Below, one piece after another: positions 27,999 to 38,267 of a stretch of 64,000 nucleotides of DNA; within the stretch, counting starts at the first letter, position 1; each line of letters begins with the position of its first letter. A program made the position numbers and the translations under genes. The notes below the pieces were generated by a model. That model did not search any database, was not told the origin of the DNA, and saw nothing but the letters and a program-made list of their open reading frames with translations. Source of the stretch: Candidatus Sumerlaeia bacterium (GTDB taxonomy: Bacteria; Sumerlaeota; Sumerlaeia; SLMS01; JANRJK01); NCBI GenBank assembly GCA_033764015.1, contig JANRJK010000036.1, positions 64,001-128,000 of the forward strand, written 5' to 3'.

Positions 27999-28238
27999 AT
28001 GCACCCCGACGACCAGCACCTTGTGCAGGATGTGGTGCGCGAGTGGCTCGGCTTCGGCGAAGAGCCGCGGCTCGAAGACCTGACGCCCTCCGACCGCGCG
28101 TTCGTCGAGTTCTCCGCCTCCGCCGACCGGTTGCTTGAGGAGCGGAACCCGGACCCGCAGAACCTCTTCGACTTCCCGGTGGAATTCGTGCAGTACGACA
28201 AGTTCCGCCCCGGCGTGTCGGGGCGGCTTCGCGCCTAG
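27999..28238 (+). CDS. Small acidic hypothetical protein (79 aa)
   Basis: Strong SD AAAGGAG; GC3-biased codons; hairpin directly after stop. Confidence 0.6.
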   Translation: MHPDDQHLVQDVVREWLGFGEEPRLEDLTPSDRAFVEFSASADRLLEERNPDPQNLFDFPVEFVQYDKFRPGVSGRLRA

Positions 28239-28239
28239 G

Positions 28240-28270
28240 GGCGCGCCCCGCGAAGCACGCGGGGCGCGCC
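28240..28270. terminator. Hairpin between convergent genes
   Basis: 13-bp perfect stem GGCGCGCCCCGCG-AAGCA-CGCGGGGCGCGCC; no U-tail. Confidence 0.5.
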
Positions 28271-28291
28271 GGTCCCGGCCGCCCTCCTACT

Positions 28292-28648
28292 CTACTCGCC
28301 GTAAACGATGGTTTTGTGGCTCATGAAGATCGCGTAGAGAAAGTGCGTGAGCTCGTGATCCACATGGTGGACCTTCTTGATGCCTCCGTCGCGCATGGCG
28401 GTGTCGATTCCGGCGTCGCCGAACGCGAAGAGTCCAAAAATCGCAATGGCGGACGACTCGCCTTTCTTGTCGCTGCCCGCGTCCGGAGAGGTGGCGACGG
28501 CTAGGCCTTGGGCCGGAGCCTTCACCGAAGTGAACATGATTCCTGCCGGCGTGGGACCGCCTGGAAAGATGGTGGTGGCACAACCGGAGAGGATGGACGC
28601 GGTTCCGACCGCGGCGCTAAGCAGGAGGGTGCGCGAAAGGCTGCCCAT
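28292..28648 (-). CDS. TRL-like family lipoprotein
   Basis: Lipobox LSGC; KKGES..IFGLFAFGDAGIDTA..GGIKKV..VD..TIVYGE. Confidence 0.85.
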   Translation of the reverse strand: MGSLSRTLLLSAAVGTASILSGCATTIFPGGPTPAGIMFTSVKAPAQGLAVATSPDAGSDKKGESSAIAIFGLFAFGDAGIDTAMRDGGIKKVHHVDHELTHFLYAIFMSHKTIVYGE

Positions 28649-28725
28649 GCTGGCTACCTCGCTTTGGGATGGTGGGCGGACGCCCACTTTACTGGACTTC
28701 ATCGATAACACTGATCCGCTAGATG

Positions 28726-29898
28726 TCAAAGGCAAGAGGAACCCGCCGCGTCCACCACCAGCGCACCGACCTGCCCGCCGAAGCCCGAGGAGATCTTCAG
28801 GGCGCGCGAGAGCGCTCCGTCGCGCGGCTCGCGCTGGATCGTGACGCCCGCGCAGTCCTCCGCCAGTTCGCCGTGGCCCGCCGTCCCGGGGAGCAGGCCC
28901 TCCGCCATGCAGCCGAGGAGGGCGGCGAGCTCGACGCCGGAGGCGGCGCCGGTGAGGTGTCCGAAGGCGCCCTTGAACGAGTTGGCGGGAGCGCCGGCCG
29001 CGCCGAGAACGCGGAGCGCCGCGGCCTCCGCCCGGTCGTTCGCGAGCGTCGCGGTGCCGTGGCACTGGACGAGGTCCAGCCCGCCGCCGCGCCGTCCAGC
29101 GCGGGAGAGCGCCCGCGACGCCGCCGCGGTGATCGCGCGCCCCGTTGGGTCCATCCCTGTCATCGAGTGCGGATCCCCCGCGATCGCCCAGCCGGCGAGG
29201 CGTGGCGCGGCGCCGAGCGTGCGGGCGAAGTCCGCGTCGATGAGCAGGAACAGCGCGGCGCCCTCGCCCAGGGCGAACCCGTCGCGGCCCGCGCTGAAGG
29301 GTCGGCACTCCCCCGCCGTGAGGGTGCCGAGGCGCGCGAAGGTGGCGAGGTAGATCGGGATCAGCGCGGCCTCCGCGCAGCCGGCGAGCGCGGCACGAGC
29401 CCGCCCGTCGGCGATCTCCTGCGCGGCGGCGATCACGTTGTGCAGCCCGGTGGCGCAGGCGGCGACGCGCGCCTGCACGCTCCCCGCGGCGGGCCAGCGC
29501 TCCGCCAGCCAGCGCGCGGGGGCGTCGGGAGCGGCGTGGCGCCAGTCGAGTTCGCCCGCGAGCCGCGCGGCGACGGCGCCCTTGCTGGTCGCGGCGAACA
29601 CCGCCCGCTCCTCCGGGGTCGCAAGGCGCGCGGCGGCCGCGAGTTCTTCGCCGAGTTCGCCGTGGCACCACGCCAGCAGGTCGATGGTGCGGTCGCCGCC
29701 GAGCGCCGGGATGGGTTCCCGGATGCGGGCCACGGGAACGGTGACGCCGTCCCCGAGGGACTCGCGCTCGAGGGCGCGGCTCCCCGTGCGGAGCGCCGGG
29801 AGCAAGCCGCCGCGCGCGCCCTGCTTGAGGGTTGACCAAGTGATCGCGCCGAGAGGCGAAATGGCGGCGCAGGCGGCGACGGCGACGGGACGGGCCAT
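28726..29898 (-). CDS. Beta-ketoacyl synthase (FabB/FabF-like)
   Basis: AACATG, RPF..RDGFALGEGAA, HGTAT.AND..E, KG.FGHL, SGFGG. Confidence 0.88.
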   Translation of the reverse strand: MARPVAVAACAAISPLGAITWSTLKQGARGGLLPALRTGSRALERESLGDGVTVPVARIREPIPALGGDRTIDLLAWCHGELGEELAAAARLATPEERAVFAATSKGAVAARLAGELDWRHAAPDAPARWLAERWPAAGSVQARVAACATGLHNVIAAAQEIADGRARAALAGCAEAALIPIYLATFARLGTLTAGECRPFSAGRDGFALGEGAALFLLIDADFARTLGAAPRLAGWAIAGDPHSMTGMDPTGRAITAAASRALSRAGRRGGGLDLVQCHGTATLANDRAEAAALRVLGAAGAPANSFKGAFGHLTGAASGVELAALLGCMAEGLLPGTAGHGELAEDCAGVTIQREPRDGALSRALKISSGFGGQVGALVVDAAGSSCL

Positions 29899-30016
29899 GG
29901 CGGGATGGTTGCCGCCACGGGCCGGGGGGCAAGCCGCCCCGGTCGGGGGCATGGAATGTGCTCCCCGTCTCCCCGCGCCGGTGTTCGGCCAACTTCCGCG
30001 AAATCGGTGTTAAGCC

Positions 30017-31105
30017 ATGCCAACACTGCTCAAGATACTGATCTTAGTCGCCTTCGTGGGGGGCGCGGGATACGGCACCGTCCGCTACCTGCAAGCCCAG
30101 GAGGCGCGCGAAATCAGCGCCGCCTCAAAACCCGGGGCTCCGGCGCGTCCGGCCTCCTCCCGGTCGTCGACGGTGCCTGTCGAGGTGTTCAAGGTATCGC
30201 GGACCGAGATCGCGCAGGAGATCCCCGCGACCGGCTCGTTGGTCGCCGACGAAAGCGTGGAAATCAGCAGCGAACAGAGCCGCCGCCTGGTGGCGATCCT
30301 CGCCGAGGAAGGCACGCGGGTCGAGTCGGGGCAGGCGCTCTACCAGCTCGACGACGCGGACTTGCAGGCGCAGTTGCGCGAGGTCGAGGCGCGGCGCGAG
30401 CTGGCGGTGCTCACGAAGGACCGCCTCGCGGGACTGCTGGAGACGCAGGCGGTTCCCCGTGCGCAGGTGGACGAGGCGCTCAGCTCCGTCGCGGTGCTCG
30501 ACGCGCAGATCGACTTCCTGAAAACGCAGATCGCCAAGACGACGATCCGCGCCCCCTTCGACGGGCGCCTCGGGATCCGCCGGGCGAGCCTCGGCGCGTG
30601 GCTCACGCCCGATTTCGTCATCACGTCCCTCCTGAGGACGGAGACGATCAAGGTGGACTTCAAGCTTCCGGAGCGCTTCTCGCCCGTGGTGCGCGAAGGC
30701 ACCCGGTTCCTCTTCCGCGCGCAGGGGTCCGCCGAGTGGATCGAGGGCACCGTCACCGTGGTGGACCCGGTGATCGAGGGATCGACGAGGTCCGTCGTGG
30801 TCCGCGGCGAAGCGCCCAATCCGGGGAGCCTGATGCCGGGGGGCTTCGTGAACGTGCGCTACCCGGTGGACGCGCTCGCGAGCGGGTTCATGGTGCCGTC
30901 GGAGGTCGTGGTGCCGACGCCGAACGGCAGCGCCGTGTGGGTGGTCGAGGGAGGCAAGTCGCGGCTGCGCCCGGTGGAGATCGGGCTGAGGACCGCGGAG
31001 GAGGTGCAGGTCGCCGCGGGCCTCTCCGAGGGCGACCAAGTGGTGAGAACCAATTTGCTGCGCGTCCGAGAGGGCGCGGAACTCGACATCCGCGGCGCCG
31101 AATAG
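30017..31105 (+). CDS. RND efflux membrane fusion protein
   Basis: N-terminal TM; EG..V..GQ.L..LD; IRAPFDG; LMPGGFV; GLSEGDQVV. Confidence 0.92.
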   Translation: MPTLLKILILVAFVGGAGYGTVRYLQAQEAREISAASKPGAPARPASSRSSTVPVEVFKVSRTEIAQEIPATGSLVADESVEISSEQSRRLVAILAEEGTRVESGQALYQLDDADLQAQLREVEARRELAVLTKDRLAGLLETQAVPRAQVDEALSSVAVLDAQIDFLKTQIAKTTIRAPFDGRLGIRRASLGAWLTPDFVITSLLRTETIKVDFKLPERFSPVVREGTRFLFRAQGSAEWIEGTVTVVDPVIEGSTRSVVVRGEAPNPGSLMPGGFVNVRYPVDALASGFMVPSEVVVPTPNGSAVWVVEGGKSRLRPVEIGLRTAEEVQVAAGLSEGDQVVRTNLLRVREGAELDIRGAE

Positions 31106-31129
31106 CGCCGCCGCTCCAGGAGCCGGGCC

Positions 31130-34100
31130 GTGTACCTATCCGACGTCTGCATCAAGCGGCCCGTCTTCGCCACCGTGCTGTCCATGACGCTGGTGCTGTT
31201 CGGCGCCATCGGCTTCCAGCGGCTCGGCGTGCGCGAGTATCCCGCGACGGACGCGCCGGTGGTGTCGGTGACGACGAACTACGCGGGCGCGAACCCCGAC
31301 ATCATCGACGCGCAGGTCACGGAGCCGTTGGAGCAGGCGATCAACAGCGTGCCCGGCATCCGCACGCTCACGTCGGAGTCGCGCGAGGGGCGCAGCTCGA
31401 TCCGCGTCGAGTTCGGACTCGGCGTGGACATCGAGGCGGCCGCCAACGACGTCCGCGACAAGGTCTCCCGCGCCGTCGACAGCCTGCCGGAGGACGTGTC
31501 GCCGCCGGAGGTCGAGAAGGCGGACGCGGACTCCTCGCCGATCATCTTCATGGCGCTCACGAGCGAGACGCGCGACATCCTCGAAATCTCGCACCTCGCC
31601 GACACCGTGGTGAAGGAGCGCATCCAGACGATCCCGGGCGTGAGCGCGATCCGCATCTTCGGCGAGCGCCGCTACGCGATGCGCCTGGTGATGGACCCCG
31701 ACAAGATGGCCGCGCACCGGGTGACGCCCTCGGACATCGAGGAGGCGCTCCGCAGGCAGAACGTCGAGCTGCCCTCCGGCCGCATCGAGGGCGCCGCGAC
31801 GGAGCTGTCGCTGCAGACCGAGGGGCGGCTCGCGACGCCGGAGCAGTTCGACTCGATGATCATCCGGCAGGACGAGGGCCGCGCGGTCCTGTTCCGCGAT
31901 GTGGGCCACGCGGAGCTGAGCGCCGAGAACCTGCGCTCCGGCAACCGCAGCCTCGGGGTGCCGATGATCGGCGTGGCGGTGATCCCGCAGCCGAACACCA
32001 ACGCGATCGCGATCGCCGACGAGTTCTACCGCCGCCTCGACTCACTGCGCGCCGCGCTGCCGGACGACATCAAGTTGGACCTGGGATACGATTTCACGCG
32101 GTTCGTCCGGAGGTCGGTGGTCGAGGTGGAGGAGACCGCGACGCTGGCGTTCCTGCTGGTGATCGCGATCATCTTCCTGTTCCTGCGCGATTGGCGCTCG
32201 ACGCTGATCCCCGCGATCGCGATCCCGGTCAGCATCGTGGCGTCGTTCTTCATCATGTACGTCGCCGGGTTCACGATCAACATCCTCACGCTGGTGGCGG
32301 TGGTGCTGTCGATCGGCCTGGTATGCGACGACGCCATCGTGGTCCTGGAGAACATCTACGCGAAGATCGAACAGGGCCTGAGCCCGCTGCGGGCGGCGCT
32401 GGAGGGTTCGCGGGAGATCTACTTCGCCGTCGTGGCGACGACGATCACGCTGGTGGCGGTGTTCATGCCGGTGATCTTCCTGCAGGGACTGACCGGGCGG
32501 CTGTTCCGCGAGTTCGGCGTGGTGATCGCGGGCTCGGTCCTCGCCTCCGCGTTCATCGCGCTTTCGCTGTCGCCCATGATGTGCCGGCTGCTGCTCCGCC
32601 CCGCCGGCCAGGAGGGCCTGCTGTACCGCGCCACGGAGCCGCTCTTCACCGGGCTCACGGCGGGCTACCGCTTCCTGCTGCGCGGCTGGATGCGCGCGGG
32701 CTCGCTGCTGACGCTGCCGGTGCTGGGGGCCTCCGCGGTCGCAATCGTCTACGCCTACTCGACGCTCTCGCAGGAGCTGGCGCCGGTCGAGGACCGCTCG
32801 AACATCCGCGTGAACCTCCGCGCGCCCGAGGGGGCGTCGTACGACTTCACCTCGCACGAGACGGATCGAGTGGCGGCGCACATCGAGGACGCCTACGCGG
32901 ACGAGGTGCACCGCGTGTTCGCCCTCACGGGGCGCGGCGCGGTGAACCAGTCATCCGTGAACGTCTACTTGAAGGAGCCGGAGGAGCGCGCCCGCACGGC
33001 GGACCAGGTGTTGGCCGACATCTCGCGCGACATGGCCGACTTCACCGGGGTGCGGGCGGCGCCGTCGGTGCCCCCGACGATCGGCGACCGCCGCGGCGGC
33101 CAGCCGGTCCAGTTCGTGATCCAGGCGCCCTCGCTCGAGGCGATGACGGAGGTGCTCCCCAAGTTCCTCGACGCCGCCTCGGCGAAGCCGGCGCTGCGCT
33201 TCGTCGACTCGGACCTGAAGGTGAACCGCCCGCAGATCCGCCTCGAGATCGACCGCAAGCGCGCCGCGGAGCTCGGCGTCTCGGTGTTCGACGTTGCGCG
33301 CACGCTGCAGCTCGCCATGGCGGACCGGCGGTTCGGCTACTTCTTGCGCGACGGGCGCCAGTACCAGGTGATCGGGCAGCTCGGGCGCCAGGACCGCAAC
33401 GACCCGAGCGACCTCGAACGCCTCTTCATCCGCGCCTCGACCGGCGAGATGATCCCGCTCAACTCGCTGGTGACCGCGACGGAGACGGTCTCGCCGGCGG
33501 CGATCTTCCGCCACAACCGCTTCGTCTCGGCCACGATCTCGGCGGGCCTCGCGCCGGGGGCCGCGCTCGGCGACGGCATCGCGGCGATGGAGGAGGTGGC
33601 CGAAGCGGTGCTCCCGCCGGGCTTCGGCACCGATCTGGCCGGGCAGTCGAAGGACTTCGCCGAAAGCTCCTCGACGCTGCTCTACGCGTTCATCCTCGCG
33701 CTGCTCCTCGTGTACCTGGTGCTCGCGGCGCAGTTCGAGAGCTGGGTCGATCCGCTGGTGATCCTGACCACGGTGCCGCTGTCGCTCGCGGGCGCGCTGC
33801 TGTCGCTGAGCCATTTCGGGATGACGCTCAACATCTTCAGCCAGATCGGCATGATCATGCTGGTGGGGCTGGTGACGAAGAACGGCATCCTGATCGTGGA
33901 GTTCGCGAACCAGCGCAAGGCGGCGGGCCTCTCGGTGCGCGAGGCGGTGCTGCAGGCGGCCGTGGCCAGGTTGCGGCCGATCCTGATGACGAGCCTGTCG
34001 ACGATCCTCGGCGTGCTGCCGATCGCGCTGGCGCTGGGCGCGGCCTCGAGCAGCCGCCAGTCGCTCGGCGTCGCCGTGGTCGGCGGGCTTGTGCTGAGCA

Positions 34101-34222
34101 CCGTGCTGACGCTCTTCGTGGTGCCGGCGGTGTACGCCTTCCTGTCCCGGGAGCGGACGCCGGACGGGGAGGAAGACGCCGCGGAAGCGCCCTCCGGTGC
34201 CCGCGAGGCGGCGGCGGTCTAG
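31130..34222 (+). CDS. RND efflux permease (AcrB family)
   Basis: 1030 aa; IKRPVFA, GLV.DDAIVV.ENI, LAAQFES, KNGILIVEFA, RLRPILMT. Confidence 0.97.
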   Translation: MYLSDVCIKRPVFATVLSMTLVLFGAIGFQRLGVREYPATDAPVVSVTTNYAGANPDIIDAQVTEPLEQAINSVPGIRTLTSESREGRSSIRVEFGLGVDIEAAANDVRDKVSRAVDSLPEDVSPPEVEKADADSSPIIFMALTSETRDILEISHLADTVVKERIQTIPGVSAIRIFGERRYAMRLVMDPDKMAAHRVTPSDIEEALRRQNVELPSGRIEGAATELSLQTEGRLATPEQFDSMIIRQDEGRAVLFRDVGHAELSAENLRSGNRSLGVPMIGVAVIPQPNTNAIAIADEFYRRLDSLRAALPDDIKLDLGYDFTRFVRRSVVEVEETATLAFLLVIAIIFLFLRDWRSTLIPAIAIPVSIVASFFIMYVAGFTINILTLVAVVLSIGLVCDDAIVVLENIYAKIEQGLSPLRAALEGSREIYFAVVATTITLVAVFMPVIFLQGLTGRLFREFGVVIAGSVLASAFIALSLSPMMCRLLLRPAGQEGLLYRATEPLFTGLTAGYRFLLRGWMRAGSLLTLPVLGASAVAIVYAYSTLSQELAPVEDRSNIRVNLRAPEGASYDFTSHETDRVAAHIEDAYADEVHRVFALTGRGAVNQSSVNVYLKEPEERARTADQVLADISRDMADFTGVRAAPSVPPTIGDRRGGQPVQFVIQAPSLEAMTEVLPKFLDAASAKPALRFVDSDLKVNRPQIRLEIDRKRAAELGVSVFDVARTLQLAMADRRFGYFLRDGRQYQVIGQLGRQDRNDPSDLERLFIRASTGEMIPLNSLVTATETVSPAAIFRHNRFVSATISAGLAPGAALGDGIAAMEEVAEAVLPPGFGTDLAGQSKDFAESSSTLLYAFILALLLVYLVLAAQFESWVDPLVILTTVPLSLAGALLSLSHFGMTLNIFSQIGMIMLVGLVTKNGILIVEFANQRKAAGLSVREAVLQAAVARLRPILMTSLSTILGVLPIALALGAASSSRQSLGVAVVGGLVLSTVLTLFVVPAVYAFLSRERTPDGEEDAAEAPSGAREAAAV

Positions 34223-34331
34223 GCCCCCGGGACACCGGGGCCGGGCGCATCCCCGCCGCCATTGACGCGGGGGCGCCGGAGGGCGCACCCTGTTGCGACT
34301 CAAATTCCGACTAGGCGCGCGGGGACAGACC

Positions 34332-36068
34332 ATGGCGACCAAGATGGACAAGAAGCTGGGCGACATGCTGGTGAAGGACGGCATCATCTCGGCGGAAGCG
34401 CTCGAGAACGCCGTCAAGGAGCAGGAGCGCACCAAGGGCGCGCTCGGGCAGCTCCTCATCGACATGGGCTTCACGACCGAGTGGCAGATGGCCGCCGCGC
34501 TCGGCAAGCAGCTCAACGTCCCCTTCATCACGCTGGCGCACTACGACATCGACGCCGCCGTGCTCGCGACGATCCCCGCGGACCTGGTGCGCAAATACAA
34601 GATCGTGCCGGTCGACAAGACCGGCGACACGCTGATGATCGCGCTCGCGGATCCGCAGAACATCTACCTGCTCGACGAGCTCCGCATCCTCACGCGGTCG
34701 CAGATCACCCCCGTGATCTCCTTCGAGTCCGACATCCTGGAGGCGATCCGCCGCTTCTACCCGCAGAACGGCGCCGGCTCCGGCGGCGGGTTCGAGGAGA
34801 TGCTGAAGGAAGTCTCGGACATCGACATCACGAACATGAAGGAGGAACTCGACGCGGGGTCCCTCGAGGTGGTCGATGTGGAGGAGGCGCAGGGCGAGGA
34901 CCAGGAGCTGGACGACGCCCCGGTGATCCAGCTCGTGAACAAGATGGTGATGGAGGCGCTCAAGCTCGGCGCCTCGGACATCCACGTCGAGCCCTACGAG
35001 AAGGTCGTCCGCCTGCGCTACCGCATCGACGGCGTGCTGCAGGAGATGACCTCGCCGCCGAAGAAGTTCCAGAACGCGCTCGTGTCGCGCATCAAGATCA
35101 TCTCGGACCTCGACATCGCGGAGAAGCGCCTCCCGCAGGACGGCCGCTTCCGCCTGAAGGTGAACGGGCGCAACATCGACTTCCGCGTCAGCACGTGCCC
35201 GATGGTTTTCGGCGAGAAGGTTGTCATCCGTATCCTCGACCAGGGGAACCTGATGGCGCTCTCCGACCTCGGCTTCGAGCCGATCGAGATGGAGAAGCTG
35301 GAGAAGGCGATCAAGATGCCGTGGGGCATGGCGCTGATCACCGGCCCCACCGGTTCGGGCAAGTCGACGACGCTGTACTCGGCGCTCGCCTCGATCAACG
35401 ACCCGTCGAAGAACATCAGCACCTGCGAGGACCCGGTCGAATACAACCTGAAGGGGATCAACCAGGTGCCGGCGCGCGCGGACATCGGCCTAACGTTCGC
35501 CCGGGCGCTGAAGGCTTTCCTCCGCCAGGACCCGGACATCATCATGATCGGCGAAATCCGCGACCTGGAGACCGGCGAAATCGCGATCAAGGCGGCGCTC
35601 ACGGGCCACTTGGTGCTCTCGACGCTGCACACGAACGACACCGCCTCGACGATCCAGCGCATGGACAACATGGGCATCGAGCGCTTCCTGATCACGGCGG
35701 CGCTGAACCTGATCGAGGCGCAGCGACTGGTCCGCCGCGTGTGCAAGAACTGCAAGCGCGAGTACAAGCCCGAGGCGGCGCTCATGGAGACCCTCGGGAT
35801 CAAGGATCCGGAGGCCACCTTCGCCAAGGGCAGCGGCTGCGACAAGTGCCGCCACACCGGCAAGAAGGGCCGCGTCGGCTTGTACGAGATCATGTCCGTC
35901 TCGGACAACCTGCGCGACGAGATCATGAACGGCACGCCCACCAACAAGCTGAAGAAGATCGCGATGGACGAAGGCATGCGGACGCTTCGCGGCGCCGGCA
36001 TCCACAAGTGCCTGATCGGCGTCGCGGACATCGAGGACGTGCTGGGCGCGACAATGGCGGACGATTAA
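34332..36068 (+). CDS. pilB: Type IV pilus assembly / T2SS ATPase (PilB/GspE)
   Basis: KLGDMLV N-domain; ASDIHVEP, RLPQDGR, GPTGSGKST, EDPVEY, LRQDPD, STLHTND, CxxC pairs. Confidence 0.9.
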   Translation: MATKMDKKLGDMLVKDGIISAEALENAVKEQERTKGALGQLLIDMGFTTEWQMAAALGKQLNVPFITLAHYDIDAAVLATIPADLVRKYKIVPVDKTGDTLMIALADPQNIYLLDELRILTRSQITPVISFESDILEAIRRFYPQNGAGSGGGFEEMLKEVSDIDITNMKEELDAGSLEVVDVEEAQGEDQELDDAPVIQLVNKMVMEALKLGASDIHVEPYEKVVRLRYRIDGVLQEMTSPPKKFQNALVSRIKIISDLDIAEKRLPQDGRFRLKVNGRNIDFRVSTCPMVFGEKVVIRILDQGNLMALSDLGFEPIEMEKLEKAIKMPWGMALITGPTGSGKSTTLYSALASINDPSKNISTCEDPVEYNLKGINQVPARADIGLTFARALKAFLRQDPDIIMIGEIRDLETGEIAIKAALTGHLVLSTLHTNDTASTIQRMDNMGIERFLITAALNLIEAQRLVRRVCKNCKREYKPEAALMETLGIKDPEATFAKGSGCDKCRHTGKKGRVGLYEIMSVSDNLRDEIMNGTPTNKLKKIAMDEGMRTLRGAGIHKCLIGVADIEDVLGATMADD

Positions 36069-36162
36069 CTTTTTTCGTCCGGCGACGCACCACTGGGCGC
36101 CGGACGGCGTCTAGCGTGTCCGTGGGGGGCGACACCAGCCCCCCTCCAGGGATACGGAAGCC

Positions 36163-37632
36163 ATGACGACACACCGCCTCGATCCCCAACCCCGCGACGC
36201 CGAGCTGGTCGCGCGGGCGCGGCAGGGAGACCAGGGGGCCTACGGGCTCCTCGTGGAGCGGCACTTCGGCGCCGCCTTCGCGGTCGCCCTCGCCGCCCTG
36301 CGCAACCACGAGTCCGCCGAGGACCTTGCGCAGGAGGTCTTCCTCCGCGCCTGGCTCCACCTCGGGCGCCTCCGCGACGCGGATTCCTTCGCCGCCTGGA
36401 CGGTCCGCATGGCGCGGAACCTCGCGGCGTCGCGGTTGCGGAGCGGCGAGCGGCGGTCGCGGATCGCGAGGATGGTCCCGATGGACGAGACGGTGGCGGA
36501 GACGGTGCGGGACGGTTCGCCGGACGCGGCGCTGCTCGCGGCGGGGTCGGAGGAGTCGCAGGCGCTCGCCGCCGCGCTGGCGAAGCTGCCCGCTCGGGAC
36601 CGCGAGCTGGTGCTGCTGCACTTCCAGCAGGAGCGCAGCCAGCGCGAGATCGCGGCCCGGCTGGGCGAGCACCACACCACGGTGGGGCGGCGCCTGGCGA
36701 AGGCGCTCGACTCGCTGCGGGGCCTGCTCGGCGAGGCGTTCGACGCGCGGCGCGCGGCGGCGCACCGGCCGGCGGCCGCGTCGCGGGCGATGGCGCTGGT
36801 CGCGGCCGCCGCCACCATGGAGCCGGCGGCCCGCGCGGCGCTCGCCAAGGCGGCGGAGCAGTCGCTACCGGGCTTCGTCCTCGAGGGGCATGTCGCGCCC
36901 GCGTGGCTCGCGTGGCTTCCCAAGTCCCTGCACCCCCTGGCGGGAGATCTCGCCGCAGGAGTTCTGGCAATGGGCGCAGGAAACAAAGTAGTGGCGGCGG
37001 TGGCCGTGGCGGCGCTGCTCGGCGGCGGCGGCTATCTGATGTCGGATTCGACGGGCGGCGCCCCTGCGGAGCCGGCGGGGGCGTCCGCGCAGGCGGGCAC
37101 ACCGGCGCGGGTCCCCTCGCGCGAGATCGCCTACGCGGTCGGCACGGAGATTTCCGATCTGTACCGCTTCGGCGAGACCGCCCGTATGACGTTCTCGAAT
37201 GCTCCGGAGCAGATCAGGGGGGAGTATCCGGAGGAGGTGCTCATCACGGCGCTTCCGGGGCAGGGGCTCGAGATTTTATCCAGGCAAGGTGGCGAGGTGA
37301 ACACGGAGATGTTCGTCCCCGGCACCTTGGGACCGGATGGCCTTCCGCCGGGGTGCCTGATGCAGGTCTGGCCCGACGGGAACCTCTTCCATGTGCGCGT
37401 GGTCGCCATCAAGGAAGTGCCCGATGGCTACCGCATGACGATCTGGTCGGCGCAACGCCCCGACTTGATCCCGGAAACGACGGAGCTGGCGCTGAAGTTC
37501 CAGCGCGGAGAAGTCTCATTCGACCAGCTCAAGCGCGACGCTTGGAAGCTGTTCGACGACCGGGGGCTGGTGCCCTGCAACCCCGAACTCGCGGAGTCCT
37601 TCCGCGCGATGCACGCCGCTTGGAGGCGCTAA
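36163..37632 (+). CDS. ECF sigma factor fused to TM helix and C-terminal extracytoplasmic domain
   Basis: AEDLAQEVFLRAW, W..RMARN, SQREIAARLG; TM VVAAVAVAALLGGGGYL; about 200-aa tail. Confidence 0.85.
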   Translation: MTTHRLDPQPRDAELVARARQGDQGAYGLLVERHFGAAFAVALAALRNHESAEDLAQEVFLRAWLHLGRLRDADSFAAWTVRMARNLAASRLRSGERRSRIARMVPMDETVAETVRDGSPDAALLAAGSEESQALAAALAKLPARDRELVLLHFQQERSQREIAARLGEHHTTVGRRLAKALDSLRGLLGEAFDARRAAAHRPAAASRAMALVAAAATMEPAARAALAKAAEQSLPGFVLEGHVAPAWLAWLPKSLHPLAGDLAAGVLAMGAGNKVVAAVAVAALLGGGGYLMSDSTGGAPAEPAGASAQAGTPARVPSREIAYAVGTEISDLYRFGETARMTFSNAPEQIRGEYPEEVLITALPGQGLEILSRQGGEVNTEMFVPGTLGPDGLPPGCLMQVWPDGNLFHVRVVAIKEVPDGYRMTIWSAQRPDLIPETTELALKFQRGEVSFDQLKRDAWKLFDDRGLVPCNPELAESFRAMHAAWRR

Positions 37633-37633
37633 G

Positions 37634-38245
37634 ATGACAACCCGCCGCAACGCATTCACCCTGATCGAGCTCCTCGTGGTCGTCGCGGTCATCGCGATCC
37701 TGGCGGCCATCGCGGTGCCGAACTTCCTCGAGGCGCAGGTGCGCTCGAAGGTCTCCCGGGTCCATGCGGACCTGCGGACACTGGCGACGGCGATCGAGTC
37801 CTACAGTGTGGACGCGGGCCGTCCGCCCTTCGACGGCCTCCAGGGATTCGCGCACCGGGGCTGGGCGACCTCGCTCGGGCGCATGACGACGCCGGTGGCC
37901 TACATCACCTCCGTCCCCGGCGACATCTTTCAGGACCAGAACGTCCCCGACACCATGGTCCCCGGCGAGTCGCACTTCATCGACACGCCCGGCGGCACGC
38001 ACAGCTACGACTACTCGACCGCCGAGTGGGAAGGCGTGCCGACCGACACCGCGGCCGCGGACCTCTGGAACCGCAACTTCCGCGGCAGCGCTTGGAAGCT
38101 GACCAGCGCGGGGCCCGACCTCGCGTTCCAGAACGACGGCAGCTTCTACGGGTTCGCCGAGATCTACGATCCCACGAATGGGTCGACGAGCTTGGGAGAC
38201 ATCGTGAGGACGCAGGGCGGCGCACGGGGGGGCGGGGTCCGCTAA
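37634..38245 (+). CDS. Prepilin-type N-terminal cleavage/methylation protein (YDPTNG family)
   Basis: RNAFTLIELL..PNFLEAQ; MTTPVAY; SAGPD; YDPTNGSTSLGDIVR. Confidence 0.88.
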   Translation: MTTRRNAFTLIELLVVVAVIAILAAIAVPNFLEAQVRSKVSRVHADLRTLATAIESYSVDAGRPPFDGLQGFAHRGWATSLGRMTTPVAYITSVPGDIFQDQNVPDTMVPGESHFIDTPGGTHSYDYSTAEWEGVPTDTAAADLWNRNFRGSAWKLTSAGPDLAFQNDGSFYGFAEIYDPTNGSTSLGDIVRTQGGARGGGVR

Positions 38246-38267
38246 GCGGGGAGCGGGACCGGAACGC

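Noticed and set aside
29905..34314. Very long alternative-frame ORFs (for example 1469 aa here, 1345 aa at 52636, 1173 aa at 9285)
   Set aside because: Arg/Ala/Pro/Gly-rich shadow frames expected from high GC3, overlapping well-supported genes; only the DJ-1 portion of the 9285 ORF is real
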